Assembly (NCBI GenBank): GCA_032718475.1
Contig: JAUCBJ010007526.1
Location: forward strand, 1-64,000
Reading direction: 5' to 3'
Source of the DNA: Nemertoderma westbladi
Taxonomy: Eukaryota > Animalia > Xenacoelomorpha
DNA: 64,000 nt
The position numbers and the translations under genes are program-made. Under the pieces are notes generated by a model that had not been told where the DNA came from, ran no database searches, and was given only the letters and a program-made list of their open reading frames with translations. Of this stretch, positions 49,322-63,000 are shown one piece after another. Position 1 is the stretch's first letter; every line of letters begins with the position of its first letter.

Positions 49322-50633
49322 GTAAGTTTATGAAATACTGTATAGTAATTATCATTTTATAATATTAGACATTTTAGTTAATTTGCTTAGACTTTATCCC
49401 AAAACATTTCAAGGATTTCGAAAATTATTTGCTTCTCTCACATCGCTCGTTCATAAAAAACACTTTACTCAGGTTATAAAACTGTAAAGTGTTACTTTGC
49501 ACAACACACATGTAAACCTGTGACTATGTGATACTCTTTATTTAACCTGCACCCCGTCTCAGCTACTACAGTTTAAAGTGAATTTGTTTCTTCCCATGGC
49601 TAAATTAATACTTTCCTTTCTGGTTTGGATACTACAGTTTAAAGTGAATTTGTTTCTTCCCATGGCTAAATTAATACTTTCCTTTCTGGTTTGGATAAAG
49701 TGCCGTAAGTATTTAACCTCGAACTGATTTCAATTTTTATAGTAATATTGCCACGTTTAAACCGACCTTAATTTAATAGCTGACATGCAGTTATCAGAAT
49801 ATACTCACAATGATTGCTCGTTTGTTGTTTTGTTTATTGTTTATAGTGGTACAACACGGTGTAGTAGTTACTGTATGTAGCAGATAATACCAAATTATGA
49901 CAATTAATACAGAGGGATCATTTATAACCAAAACAATAAATAACGGTTATAATTTCCGATGCTATGAAAATTTGTGATATAAACAATACAATTTCCTGAA
50001 ATAATATTCACAATTTAGTTCCTAGGTTTGGATATTATTTTGTAGTAATTGGGGCCCCAATTAATAAATGATATTATACAATATTAGTTTGACTGCTATT
50101 CTTAACTGATTCCGTACAGAGATTACTTAGTGTCAATATAAGTCAATAATGATTATCACTTTGCCTGTATCTCCGAATCCGACCCAATAATTATTGGGAG
50201 GTGATGAAATTTATATTGAAAAACTAATAATAATTATTAACCAGTTAATCATGTGGTATAGGTGACACGATGTCAAACATATTTATCTTTATCGTGTTAT
50301 ATCAATTTGCATCTTTTAATTCGATCTCAAACTACTACTGTATTGTCGATAATTTAATTAGGTAATTTTGTTTCAGAAATATCAATGCCTAGTAATTATG
50401 AGGGTTTAATTTATATTTCTTTGTTTATTATAAGTTACGCTACCCTAGTAGGTAATGTAAACTCTCTTATCGTAATTCTCTACTGCGCCTTCGCATTTCT
50501 CAACAACAACGAATTCCGCTTTAAAGAGTTCCCAATATCGCATTCTATTCCACAAGAACATTGCAATTCTCCTCCTTTACTTGCCCTTAATTGTAATCGA
50601 TTCACAACCAACGAGGAAGAATATCGAAACACA

Positions 50634-51431
50634 ATGGACGACATTGAGCAACCGAGACAAAATAGTTTCCCTAACAATGTATCGGATGTTGGACTTCCTG
50701 ACTACTCTAGTCTTCTAGAGGACCGAGTTATTTCAAGGAGTTCCTGCCCTGATGGAATCGCGTTTTCTCCGAAAGACATGCAGGCGGAGGTTGACATCGA
50801 GAATTCTATAGAGTCTGAGAGTGCGGATAGCAACGATTCTAATTCTACTAGTCAGTCGTCAGTGTCGACGAGTGGGATAGATGCATGCGGCGAGAGTTCT
50901 AGAACAACGTCACCGGTGGAGAAGCAAGATGAAGAAGCAGCCGACATGGATAACAATGAAGATCAAGATCACAATGAAGATCAAGATCACACTGAAGAAC
51001 CAGAGAACACTCAACATTCTCATGAAGGCGGGAATATGGAGAATGAATTAACGACTAAATCTGAGGATATCAAGTATTTAGCGGAGATCTCCGCTGCTAT
51101 TGAGGAAGTAACGCGGCCGTCTGAATGCACGAACGTGGATGTTGATGATGAGGGGGACGAGAAGTACAGTGATTGCGTGGTCGAACATGTGGAAGACCCG
51201 CGGGGCAATGGTAATCTGGTTAAAGACACCGCCGAATCTGAGATGCTAACGAAGATTCGTTATGAAGTGGAGTTTAGCGATGAGGTGAAGCCGATTGCGG
51301 AGGTGAGGCCGAACTTCAGGGAGAGTAACGTGGTTACATCGGGTAGTTACGAATCGGAGTCGGTTGAGGATGTTAAACTTCAATCGGGAGTCGTCGACAG
51401 TGCCAGTCGGGTTTGTTGCGTCATCCTTTAA
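50634..51431 (+). CDS. Acidic, low-complexity protein ending in CCVIL (CaaX prenylation motif), ~265 aa
   Basis: Open frame 50385-51431; composition becomes coding-like from ATG 50634 (ACAATGG context); C-terminal SRVCCVIL-stop. Confidence 0.7.
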   Translation: MDDIEQPRQNSFPNNVSDVGLPDYSSLLEDRVISRSSCPDGIAFSPKDMQAEVDIENSIESESADSNDSNSTSQSSVSTSGIDACGESSRTTSPVEKQDEEAADMDNNEDQDHNEDQDHTEEPENTQHSHEGGNMENELTTKSEDIKYLAEISAAIEEVTRPSECTNVDVDDEGDEKYSDCVVEHVEDPRGNGNLVKDTAESEMLTKIRYEVEFSDEVKPIAEVRPNFRESNVVTSGSYESESVEDVKLQSGVVDSASRVCCVIL

Positions 51432-52524
51432 TACCAGGCCGAACTCAAATCTATAACGTAGTAACCATAGTAACGTAGTAACCCTTATCCAATGATTTAT
51501 ATATTATATTATTAATTTATAATTAATTTAGGAGACCGTAGAGTAATTTAATTTTTCAGTGATGTTAATAATTAGGCTCTATATATTTTCATGCGCTCCT
51601 GTTTTAAAACAACTTTGTACAGCCTTACTATTAATAATAATATTTGTGTTATCTTTGAGTTATTTGTGGTATATTGTTTATATTGCTAATATTAGCTATA
51701 TATTGCTTATATTGTGTTAATATTTACAAGCTAATAAAGTACTTACGGTTCAAATAATATTTAAATTTGGTAATTATTTTCTAATCAGCATTTTTTGTGA
51801 TAATTAAAATTTGGAAATATGTCAATATAAAATATATATTTTTTAATCTCTTACCTAAGTCACATTACAAATTGAATTTTTTGGTTTTAATCTGCATTTC
51901 ACGCAACGCAACTTTTGCGGTAATTTATTTGAGAAACTTTTTAATATCATATGTGATGCACCGCAGGCTTGTCAGCTCAGCACAGTGTCAGCGTCTCTAC
52001 CATAACAGTGTCCGTCAGTACAACCACCTTCACATCCCCCACTCCCATAAACAGTTTAAAATCCAAAATGCAATATCTACCAATCTGTAGTGCGCCCATT
52101 TAGGTATACGCTGTCAATAACATTAGTATTGATTAACATTAGTATTAATAGTTTCTTTAAATATTATATAATAGTCTTCTCAATTCATATTACATTGTAC
52201 TCAATAATTTTTATACTCAATAATTTTTATACTCAATAATTTTGCTTGTACCTGTAAAACCGTACCTCCCATATTGATACAATTTACAAACATGTATACA
52301 ATACAAGTTTCACTTTGTAGTGGTCTACTGTAGGCCCTTGCGGTCTGATTATTTGTGATTGTGACTGGCTTTTAGATAAAACAGAATTAAAGGAAATAAG
52401 GTCACTTTTTAATTTTATGTAAGACAGCACAAATATGTAGGACTAACTCTAGACTAAACTTCAGAGAGTACCACCACCAATAGCATAACTCAACAGAAAA
52501 AAGTGACAATATCAATTAATTTCA

Positions 52525-52727
52525 ATATAATATTGCAGATAGGGGGGGAAACTGGGCTGATTACTCTCAAAAATAAAACTGGAATTGTGCTCAGTTTATT
52601 GTTTTGGTTAATAACATGCCACTGTAACCTGCTCCTTTCCCTAAATTGAGAATTTAACATTGAGGCGGGATATCAATTCACCAAGGCGGGTTTTGCGTCC
52701 AGTTTTCCCCCCTGTCTCAATATTACA
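52525..52727. mobile_element. ~200-bp MITE; related inverted copy at ~12753-12920
   Basis: Imperfect TIRs TAATATTGCAGATAGGGGGGGAAACTGG / CCAGTTTTCCCCCCTGTCTCAATATTA; interior closely matches the reverse complement of 12753-12920. Confidence 0.65.
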
Positions 52728-53046
52728 TAAAGTAGTTCAACAACCCATTTAATCGCTGCACAAAAGAATTATGTTTGTCAGGACATACATGACAAGACAT
52801 TTGTTATGTTTTGTAGTCAAAAATAATACGTATAATTTACTTTCTTTCACTGAAACATCAGGCATGTTCATCTAACTACACGTAACTATACGGCTTCAAA
52901 GACAAAGAGTCACTAATTAATTACTCATTTGTTAGGAACACTCTCAGTTCCCCATCAATTTATTCGTCCATCGCGCACCCCTTGGGCGCTTTTTTGAGAA
53001 GCATTCTATATCTCAGTTGTTACGTTACGTATATGTAGGTCACCAA

Positions 53047-53191
53047 TCAACCATTCGTCATTTGAACCTCCTTATCTGAAACCACATCGATTCCTATGGT
53101 AACAACCTGTTCAGTAGAGGCCATTGCTGAATTCTTCTCCACACCAAACTCCATGGTTATGGGACTGGAGCCGAGTTTAAATCCCAAATAC
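53047..53191 (-). CDS. Possible terminal coding exon of an unidentified minus-strand gene
   Basis: TTATTTTAG acceptor, then open frame YLGFKLGSSPITMEFGVEKNS...QMTNG-stop in AT-rich surroundings. No phase-compatible upstream exon found. Confidence 0.3.
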
Positions 53192-54321
53192 CTAAAATAA
53201 TAAGATTAAACCAAATTATTATTTGTAATTTAACTTTTTTAACTCTTTAAATTTCCATGAAATACCGGTATATCCGTAGCTAAAGAAATACTATAGTAGG
53301 CCTACACACATATACATACACCCAAACCCCATCCCATCACTGTCAATAAATTGTATATTAAAAAAGCTTGAATATTTTAATATTTTATGGAAGGTTAATA
53401 TATTCAACAGTTTTCGTTTGTAAATTCGAATGGAAATGATGTATTTTTGTAGTTAAATTCATCAGTCAGCATTGTCATTTTTTACGAGCCAATTTTGTAT
53501 ATTGCCTCTTAAATAATTTTTTTGAATCTCGACGTATTTTGTTTGTGGTAAATTTTGAGTGGATACATTTACCTGTTTGGAGCCGCTAATAGATATTAGC
53601 CTCTATAAGCACCAGTCAACTAGGGACTAAACTACGTTCCTAATTGGCACTAGTACTTAGACAGGTATACCTAACTACTGTACTGTACTTACATCAGTAG
53701 GCCTACTTTACTAATAATTGTCAATGGAAAAGCTACGCCGACAATAATTGTTAATGGTAATATAATGTTAATTAAGTGAGGAAAATGAACATGTTACTGT
53801 AAAGATACATTCTAACCAAAACAACAAACGATAGAAGCTTAGGTTACAATGTTTATTGTTAATTAAAGACGGTTTTGTCTGTTGTCGCCGTTTACACCTT
53901 GTCTGTATTGTATTTTAATAAGCATCTGAAAAAACCTTTAGATACGCTTCGAAACATTATACAGTGGGACTAATTAGACCAATATGATAAAATGGCGCAA
54001 AATGGCCGCCAGCGCAATTACCAACTACAGTATGTGTTTTAGTTTCAAAAAATGATCTTAATTTATTGCATTAAAGGAAAGGTAAAGGGGCAGGATACAG
54101 TGGCGGCGTTTTCTAACCAAAAACTAAAATTTATTACACCAAAATTTATTTTACATGGGGTCAATTTGCTCTCGAGATCACTTTATTCACTTGGGGTCAA
54201 CCTGCGCAACTATAATAACAATTTCCATGCCAAACAGAAGGTATTTTACTCGCTAACGACCACCCAACTCAGGTGTTGTTATTTAATTAGATAAGGACAG
54301 CTGTTCTAAAAATATTATTAT

Positions 54322-57300
54322 TCAGAGATACAGGCCGCTTATACTCCAGTTATTGATTGCGAATAGTTTATGAGTCACTCCCTCGATGACGTTGTTGCAC
54401 GGCACATCATGAATATAAACCTTCCCTGTACCACCAATACTACACAGAGTAAAGAGGTTTTACTGTATAAACCTATGTACCCCACATCTGCAGTGATCCC
54501 AGGCGCTCTCAGCCAGTGGCTTTGGGTCGGCTAACCCAAGGAACGTTTTGCAGCTAATAAATGCGGACCAATAAAGCCTTTGTATGGACTGCTTCATTGT
54601 GCTACCGTATGGCCTATTTAAATAATAATGGTTCTTCTACACAACATGCAGCAACAAATGGGTATGTAATGTAAATTACATCGGATATTATTTATAGAGT
54701 AGAATTGTATTATTATCTCGGAATGAAACCTTTAGCTTTAAGGTGACTACGGGGCGCACTATACCTACCTACCTACCAACTGAATCTATAGTTAAGACAT
54801 GATTATATTTTAGATACGACCATGTGCTGCTATAAACTAAATGAAGTACGTACGACTGTCAACTATACTGTAAATATCTACAGTACGAATCGTACTATAA
54901 ACTATACTATACGCAGGTGTAAAATTATCAGTTATACATACACGACTGTATATCAGTATATCTGACTCGCCCCCTTTCGCTAACATCATCAGCAAATCCC
55001 CAACTAATAGCGCCGCATCCATTGATGATCTATCCCTTTTAAGACGTTGTTTGTAAAACTATAAAAGTTTGGGCAAGCAAATAAACAAAAATTCATACAC
55101 GCAATCAGAAGTAATAGAACATTTGTGTACCGGTACAGTCTGCTTGGGGGTGTTAGCTAGTGTTTCAACGGGACGCAGCAAACTTCGCCCGCGACCAATC
55201 TTCGCCGGAGCAATCTTCGCCCACAAAATTAGTATTAACAACCTCGTTTATTGTTTTGGTTAGAAAAAATCGTCTCTGTAACCTATCGTGTCTGTAACCT
55301 GCTCCTTTCCCCCATTCTGTCGAATGTTGGACGCGGGCTAAGATTGCACCCAACCGTTTAAACATGTTTATTTTCTGAGGTAGTCACAAAAAGTGTGTAA
55401 ATTTCAAGTTTTAGTTTTATTGTCTAGTAATTACTGGTCTGGAGCTGCAAAGTCTTCTGTATTACATCGCTATTTAGGCCTAAATTAAAGTTGTAACGTA
55501 AGATGTTGTCCACCCAAGGTATTACGTGATAATAACACTACTATTGCAAACAAACGCGTAAGAAATGTTCAAATTTACTTAACATGGTAACAGTAGTGGT
55601 AGATTAAATAACGTGGAGAATTAATCAAAACATTGAAGTATATAAGAGATATAAACTGATAGGGGGTAGGTCCTATAAACATTAAAAAATGGATGGAGAA
55701 GGGATATAAACATTGGGTAGAGACGGGATATAAATATTGGGTAGAGACGGGATATAAACATTGGGTAGAGACGGGATATAAATATTGGGTAGAGACGGGA
55801 TATAAACATTGGGTAGAGACGGGATATAAATATTGGGTAGAGACGGGATATAAACATTGGGTAGAGACGGGATATAAACATTGGATAGAGACGGGATATA
55901 AACATTGGTTAGAGGCGGGATATAAACATTGGGTAGAGACGGGATATAAACATTGGATAGAGACGGGATAAAAACATTGGGTAGAGACGGGATATAAACA
56001 TTGGGTAGAGACGGGATATAAACATTGGGTAGAGACGGGATATAATCATTGGGTAGAGACGGGATATAAACATTGGGTAGAGACGGTATATAAACATTGG
56101 GTAGAGACGGGATATAAACATTGGGTAGAGATGGGATATAAACATTGGGTAGAGACGGGATATAAACATTGGATAGAGACGGGATAAAATCATTGGGTAG
56201 AGACGGGATATAAAAATTGGGTAGAGACGGGCTATAAACTTTGGGTAGAGACGGGATATAAACATTGGGTTGAGACGGGATATAAACATTGGATAGAGAC
56301 GGGATATAAACATTGGGTAGAGACGGGATATAAACATTGGGTAGAGACGGGATATAAACATTGGGTATAGACGGGATATAAACATTGGGTTGAGACGGGA
56401 TATAAACATTGGGTTGAGACGGGATATAAACATTGGGTTGAGACGGGATATAAACATTGGGTAGAGACGGGATATAAACAAACATCGGGTAGAGATGGGA
56501 TATAAACATTGGGTAGAGACGGGATATAAACATTGGGTAGAGACGGGATATAAACATTGGGTAGAGACGGGATATAAACATTGGGTAGAGACGGGATATA
56601 AACATGGGTAGAGACGGGATATAAACATGGGTAGAGAAGGGATATAATCATTGGGTAGAGACTGGATATACACATTGGGTAGAGACGGGATATAAACATT
56701 GTATAGAGACGGGATATAAACATTGGGTAGAGACGGGATATAAACATTGGTTAGAGACGGGATATAAACATTGGTAGAGACGGGATATAAACATTGGGTA
56801 GAGACGGGATATAGATATTGGGTAGAGACGGGATATAAACATTGGGTAGAGACGGGATATAAACAAACATTGGGTAGAGACGGGATATAAACATTGGGTA
56901 GAGACGGGATATAAACATTGGGTAGAGACGGGATATAAACATTGGGTAGAGACGGGATATAAACATTGGGTAGAGACGGGATATAAACATGGGTAGAGAC
57001 GGGATATAAACATTGGGTAGAGACGGGATATAAACATTGGGTAGAGACGGGATATAGATATTGGGTAGAGACGGGATATAAACATTGGGTAGAGACGGGA
57101 TATAAACAAACATTGGGTAGAGACGGGATATAAACATTGGGTAGAGACGGGATATAAACATTGGATAGAGACGGGATAAAAACATTGGGTAGAGACGGGA
57201 TATAAACATTGGTTAAAGACGGGATATAAACATTGGGTAGAGACGGGATATAAACATTGGGTAGAGACGGGATATAAAGATTGGGTAGAGACTGGATATA

Positions 57301-58214
57301 AACATTGGTTAGAGACGGGATACAAACATTGGGTAGAGACGGGATATAAACATTGGGTAGAGACGGGATATAAACATTGGGTAGAGACGGGATATAAATA
57401 TTGGGTAGAGACGGGAAAAAAACATTGGGTAGAGACGGGATATAAACATGGGTAGAGACGGGATATAAACATTGGGTAGAGACGGGATATAAATATTGGG
57501 TAGAGACGGGAAAAAAACATTGGGCAGAGACGGGATACAAACATTGGGTAGAGACGGGATATAAACATGGGTAGAGAAGGGATATAAACATTGGGTAGAG
57601 ACGGGATATAAAATATTTATAATAGACGGGATATAAAATATTTATTAGAGACGGGTTATAAACTCACCTTATTTGCCGCATTGGGAATTACGTCTTTATA
57701 AGTAGGCGAACTGCAGGTAATATCTTGGGTATACCTGCGGCACTACTACTTAGGTAGGCGAACCCCTTTCTGCCTTTCCGAATCCAAATATTCTATAACC
57801 GAGATTTACTTACCTTTTTTTTTATTGGTATCAGTTCTAATAATCATATGTTTTTAAATGAAAGTCTAAGTTTTAAATAAAACTAACTCAACAAAATGTT
57901 TTAGATTATTCTCTAAAATTCAATAACATCACAAACTGATGAATTTAACAACATGGCTTTTACTTAAATAGTTGGTTTGGTATCCAGGCAGTAGCTAGCT
58001 GTAATTGGAACTCCCTACTCCACAATGACTCTTGGCGACTATCGACCCTTTCCGAGGGGACACAGCCTTCGGACTGTTGGTGGAACCCAACTGTGGCGGA
58101 GGGGTCGATATTCGCATCGACGCTCCTACGTTCTACGTACGTAGTCCGGCTGTTATACCATAACACACTCACACAGTAGGAGCGGCCTCTTTCATTCAAC
58201 ACAATAACTTCCAT
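54322..58214 (-). CDS. Putative 4-exon orphan gene, 161 aa (exons 58214-57964, 57710-57668, 55058-54971, 54425-54322)
   Basis: All three introns are phase-compatible (2, 0, 1) with donors GTAAAA, GTGAGT, GCGAGT and acceptors CAG, TAG, CAG, giving one uninterrupted frame. Confidence 0.5.
55697..57655. repeat. 24-bp minisatellite, ~80 copies (GGGATATAAACATTGGGTAGAGAC)
   Basis: Visible periodicity with occasional 23- and 28-bp variants. Confidence 0.97.
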
Positions 58215-60165
58215 CTTAAACGTTATAGTACGCTATTATAGGCCTACACTAGGGTCATTAGTTGTCAAATAACAACGTCTCAAACGCAGTTGAGGTCAAG
58301 CGACTACAAAGGCAATCCATGGTATTTAATCACCACGCTACACAATAACCAAAGTGACTCTCTAAGTCCCTAAGTGAAAATGAAACTAGTGTAGCCTACC
58401 ATGATACAATTGAATCAGTAGTACAACTGCAAGACGTACAATACTGTAGGCCTATACTTCTCTATTACAACAAAAAGACGAAACATAATAAATAAGATCA
58501 CTAATCTGGGCCATGTGGCCGCCATGCTGCACATATCTCATCTAACTTTGTATTGCGCTCTACTTTCACTTTCATTCCAATGTATTAACATTGTATTCTA
58601 TATGCATACAGTGATACAGTACTACACATTACGTAACAAGCAAAATAAACAAGGGTAGTAAGTAATCAACAAAAATTGTATTTATTGTAATTTTAATTGA
58701 GTCTTTGTTGTAGTAAGAATAAGATATATAACTTACCTTTTGTGTCCGTTACGTAATACAACATTACAATTTAAGAAACCAAATTGCACAGCAGTATTTA
58801 ATTGTGACTTTTGATTATTGATGTGTTTCTAACATGACCGACAGCTATAAATCTATAGTTGTGGTTTGTGGTTCCATCCATTTGTCTCTTACTGCTATTA
58901 AATTTATAAATACTGCTTAGAAATTTGGTTTTTTGTTACCTTTAATTTTTACCAAAGCTGATGCAATTTTCTCTCCGCCAATTCGTGACAGAAAATACGG
59001 GTATCAAATTATTTTAAGATGCCCGTAATAACGGTCACAAGTCAGTGAGTGAAGTTAAATACTCAGAGAACGGGGGGGGGGGGGGGGGGGCACCTGGTGT
59101 GTCTCTAATGCTTAGCATAATCCTACGAAGCCTACAACCAACAAAGGGGGACAACAGGTGACACTGCTGACACAAGCACTAATACACAACGCTTCTGAAG
59201 ACTCCCATATAAAAATATATAGAAGGGAGTCGATGCAATTTGGGCATGATGTTACACGTGAGTGTAAAAATACTTCGCATTAAGCGTTAATTGGTACCCT
59301 GGCATCAACTACGCAACACACCGCGCAACTATTTATATCTAATTAATGTGCTATAGTGTTATTAATTAATTAACTAACCGTGTTTATTAATTGGCTTCCG
59401 AGCAACAACGATGTCAGAGAAACGTCATTCATTATTCTTCTATCATGTCATCTGCCGCATATTCGAATTAGTCACCGTCTTTTCTGAATAAACCTTTGAT
59501 ATATTGTTTTTTTGAGGTGGTTTATTGTTCTATACATAGCAAAGCAAAACAGCAACTCATAAGCAACTACTATAAATTAACTATTCAGCAGACAGGACCT
59601 GCAGGTTGTTTACACTGAAATAAACCTCAATAAATTATTTTTCCGTATATGGGCTGACATTCCTTGATCTCTACGTACTTTGACCAGGTCAAGTATTCAG
59701 TAACTTTTATAGAATCGACTAAATATTAAATTCACTCGGCTCATCCCCCAACGATGATACATATATAGTCTTAAATACAACAATAATTGATCGAACATTT
59801 ATTATCGCGTGTTTGTGTAATAAAGGCACGGCTTTTCCTATTAATTTATTGCATTTCTTCCGTAATGGCAACTTGGCGAATATTTTGTCAGAGCAAATAC
59901 CATCTTAATCAATTGTAGTCTAACAACGCCATTCAAATAAGGGGTGATTTTTACTATTGATAAGCTCCCGAAGAGTTTGACCTGATGTAATGCATTAGTA
60001 CACACACCTACTACACTCCCCATCGCATCCTATGATGGAACACTCCCATCAACCTCACCTTTTAGTTCTCGGAGAAGTTACTAAGAACTTAAACGTAGAT
60101 TGGTGTTTAAATAATTTATAGGTAAAATAATTATTTATAATCGTGAAAAATAAAACTGTCCTTAT

Positions 60166-60237
60166 GAAGGGTCGAACCCAGAACCTGATTTTGAATTTAC
60201 GACCTCCGTCAAGAGTATGTACCCCATTTGGTTACTA
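60166..60237 (-). mobile_element. Possible tRNA-derived SINE head remnant
   Basis: A-box-like TAGTAACCAAATGG and B-box GGTTCGACCC at tRNA-like spacing; no cloverleaf. Confidence 0.3.
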
Positions 60238-62229
60238 AGTTACCGTAACTAATGAATAATGTATTATTTGAGTTTGGGATTATAAACCAGATGTTGGATT
60301 AGACGTTAGAGTCTGAAAGATTTACATTTTTTAACGATCACCAGGAATTCTGTTATCAAACCACCACATTAACATTTTATTTAATTCACATCGCACACCA
60401 CTCGTACTCGTATGTTTCATTATGAACCACGTGCCCATGTGAAGTTTACCAGACTATCTGTTACTGTATTATATTTCACTTTGCAGTTTACCCTCATGCT
60501 GCCATGTGAAGAATACTAGGTTTTCACTAAAAACCCAGGTTTCAGAAGGGCTGAACTAACCAAATCCATAAACGAATCAGTATATTATGTACAAGTTATA
60601 AGAGAGAAGTGAGCGCTATAAAATACTTAATACGGAGGAATTTAATATAATACAAATTTGTCATATAAAATTCCAATCAAAATTTGACTGAAATATAAAG
60701 ACTTCGTATTCTAACGTAAGTAAATATCTAACTACATGAATTAAATACTACTACTACTGTACCAGTAACCAATATGGTATGATTTGTTCCGCGTTCACGG
60801 GTTATTAGCACGGCAACAGGAACACAATATGCGTCAGTAATTTGCAATTATAGTCTAGATAATGAATACTATTGCAACAAAACGATTATTGGCTGCAGTA
60901 ACTGGCGTAAGAGAATAAACAGACTACTTCCTCCCATAAGGTTGCGCGCTGCATTTATCCCCGTATATGTCGTGTTTCGGTGAGCTGAGCAGTAACTTAC
61001 CACGTACTTGCGAGGGGTATGCCTCGCAGAAATAATCTATATACTCCCCCCGTAGAAAGAAAGCTTCAACCTACTACAGTACTACAGCAGTGCGAAGTCC
61101 ACGGTCTATATTGCCCACTCTAACAGAGTATATGCCCTAGTATATCTATATACACTTACTTCTTTGGATGTAGGCGAAGTAACTAACTTAAGCTCTTATA
61201 ATAATCACCTATTATAATCATAATAATAAGAGTATGGTCCGTGTTAACCGGGGTGGGGGCAATATCCATCGCGAATGTCATCCCATTCGCAGCTGTTCCA
61301 TTCAGTAGTCAGGAGGGAATGATGATTTTGCGTAAACAAGTTTATTACTGTACGAATTTCATTTTCTAAAAATGTAATAGATAAATCAATTATGATTTCA
61401 TCATTGTTAACCATTCTCATACGGAATTTTTTTTGAGTTTATATATAGTATTTCCCTATTTGGTTACAATATATTTTGTAGGACATGAAATGAAGGTAAA
61501 CCCAGAAACAAAACCGCCCTAAATCAATCGGTCAGCCATTTCCGATGAAGGAAACGTATTGAATGATCTCCACGTCTGTTCAAACTTCAAACCAGGCGGT
61601 ACCGGTACTGGTACCATACTGTAACTGTAGTACAATATCGTGAAACATGCTGATAATTCCCCACCTCACATTATGGAACACAGCCCGAATGGTGATCGAT
61701 CCGATTTTTCAGCAGCACTCTCACAATCCATGTCCAATTAATCGTCATTCACCCAAGTATACCCTTTATTGTACTGTAGGTACTGTATACCATTTTGATA
61801 TAACATTCGAAAGACAAAACCCAATAAAAAAAACCAATCTTGTGTTGACATATGTTCCAAAGAAGTGTAAACTAGTCCGGGTCCTATCGTATTATACTGA
61901 AATATGATTTTGTTCAGAAATTGACAAAACAGAAGGCACGTCACGATGGTTGAGCAGCGTGGACTTAGGGGTAATAGGGTCTATCGGTGTATTAACGTTT
62001 CAGCGTTCCGGCCTACTTCACGCGCTGCTTCACGTCAGTAACGCTATCCAGTTAACAGCCACTCTCCCCTGACTCTTTCCTTCCTATTTAATCCACTTCT
62101 CTAGAACAGCAGTCTTAATTTGCTTAACCTACTGTATCTCTAACAGCGGACCTACTGACTTCAAATATGGGTCATATACTGTAGTGGAATATTAGTCTTA
62201 CTGTATTAGATTGCCGCAAAAATATTCAA

Positions 62230-63000
62230 CCGAATAACGTTGAATTGTATGAGGAATCCTGTAGAAAGACTCTTGTGTGGGTATCAGAATGGGTTTGTAA
62301 AGGTACTGTAGATGTACTTTTGAACCCATTCTGGCTCTTAGGAGGATTATTGAAGAAGTATCTGTCTACAAAGAAAGAAAGCCCTTCGGCTCTCATATTT
62401 GTGGATTTCTGCAATGCTTTCGATTCTGTGTCTCGCCCACGCATGTTCCAAATTGTTTAGGCATTTGGGATTCCCAACAAAATTTTTAATACATTCAGAT
62501 AAGTTTATGACCGTTCGATATCCTTCGCCTACCATCCACAAGCTAACCGAGATTTGGAAGAGCTGTGATACATCATACTCTTTAAAGGTATGCCTTTTCC
62601 GTGCATCAGTATATCCTGTGCTGCTCTATGGCATCCCGCAGGTTCTCTAAACACCAGGTCTCTGGATGGTACATCTACAAGGATGCTGCACAACATTTCC
62701 TATTATCCACAAATAAGCAATGAGGTGTTATACAACTATGACAACTATGACCATTGCTAAGACTGAGACCCTTCATCACCCTGCAGAGATTTCGCCTGAA
62801 AGCTTGCTGGGCACTGTTTACACCGGCAGGGTCCACCTGTACACAAACTTCCTTGTGGTGTGGCAGACTACACTGTTAAATATAGGCGTGGTGGACAGCC
62901 AACAACTTTCATCAAACGCCTGCTCAACAACAGGACACCGCGGACTTGAGAATAACTGTATGGATGAACTTGGAAAATGTAGTGCTGACTGTGAGAACTA
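62230..63000 (+). mobile_element. Highly decayed, internally deleted RTE LINE related to 23600-25563
   Basis: CAGAATGGGTTT (QNGF), IFVDFCNAFDSVSRPRMF, LKVCLFRASVYPVLLYG and TCTCTGGATGG blocks parallel the more intact copy. Confidence 0.85.

Noticed and set aside
50377-51431. Next coding exon of the TMC gene
   Set aside because: Phase-2 splicing to 50377 hits a stop within six codons, and the ORF has no TMC motifs.
55621-57591. Long repetitive ORFs (MFISRLYP, YIPSLPNV)
   Set aside because: 24-bp minisatellite with frame-shifting 23- and 28-bp units.
60166-60237. Functional tRNA gene
   Set aside because: A/B-box-like motifs only; acceptor and anticodon stems do not form.
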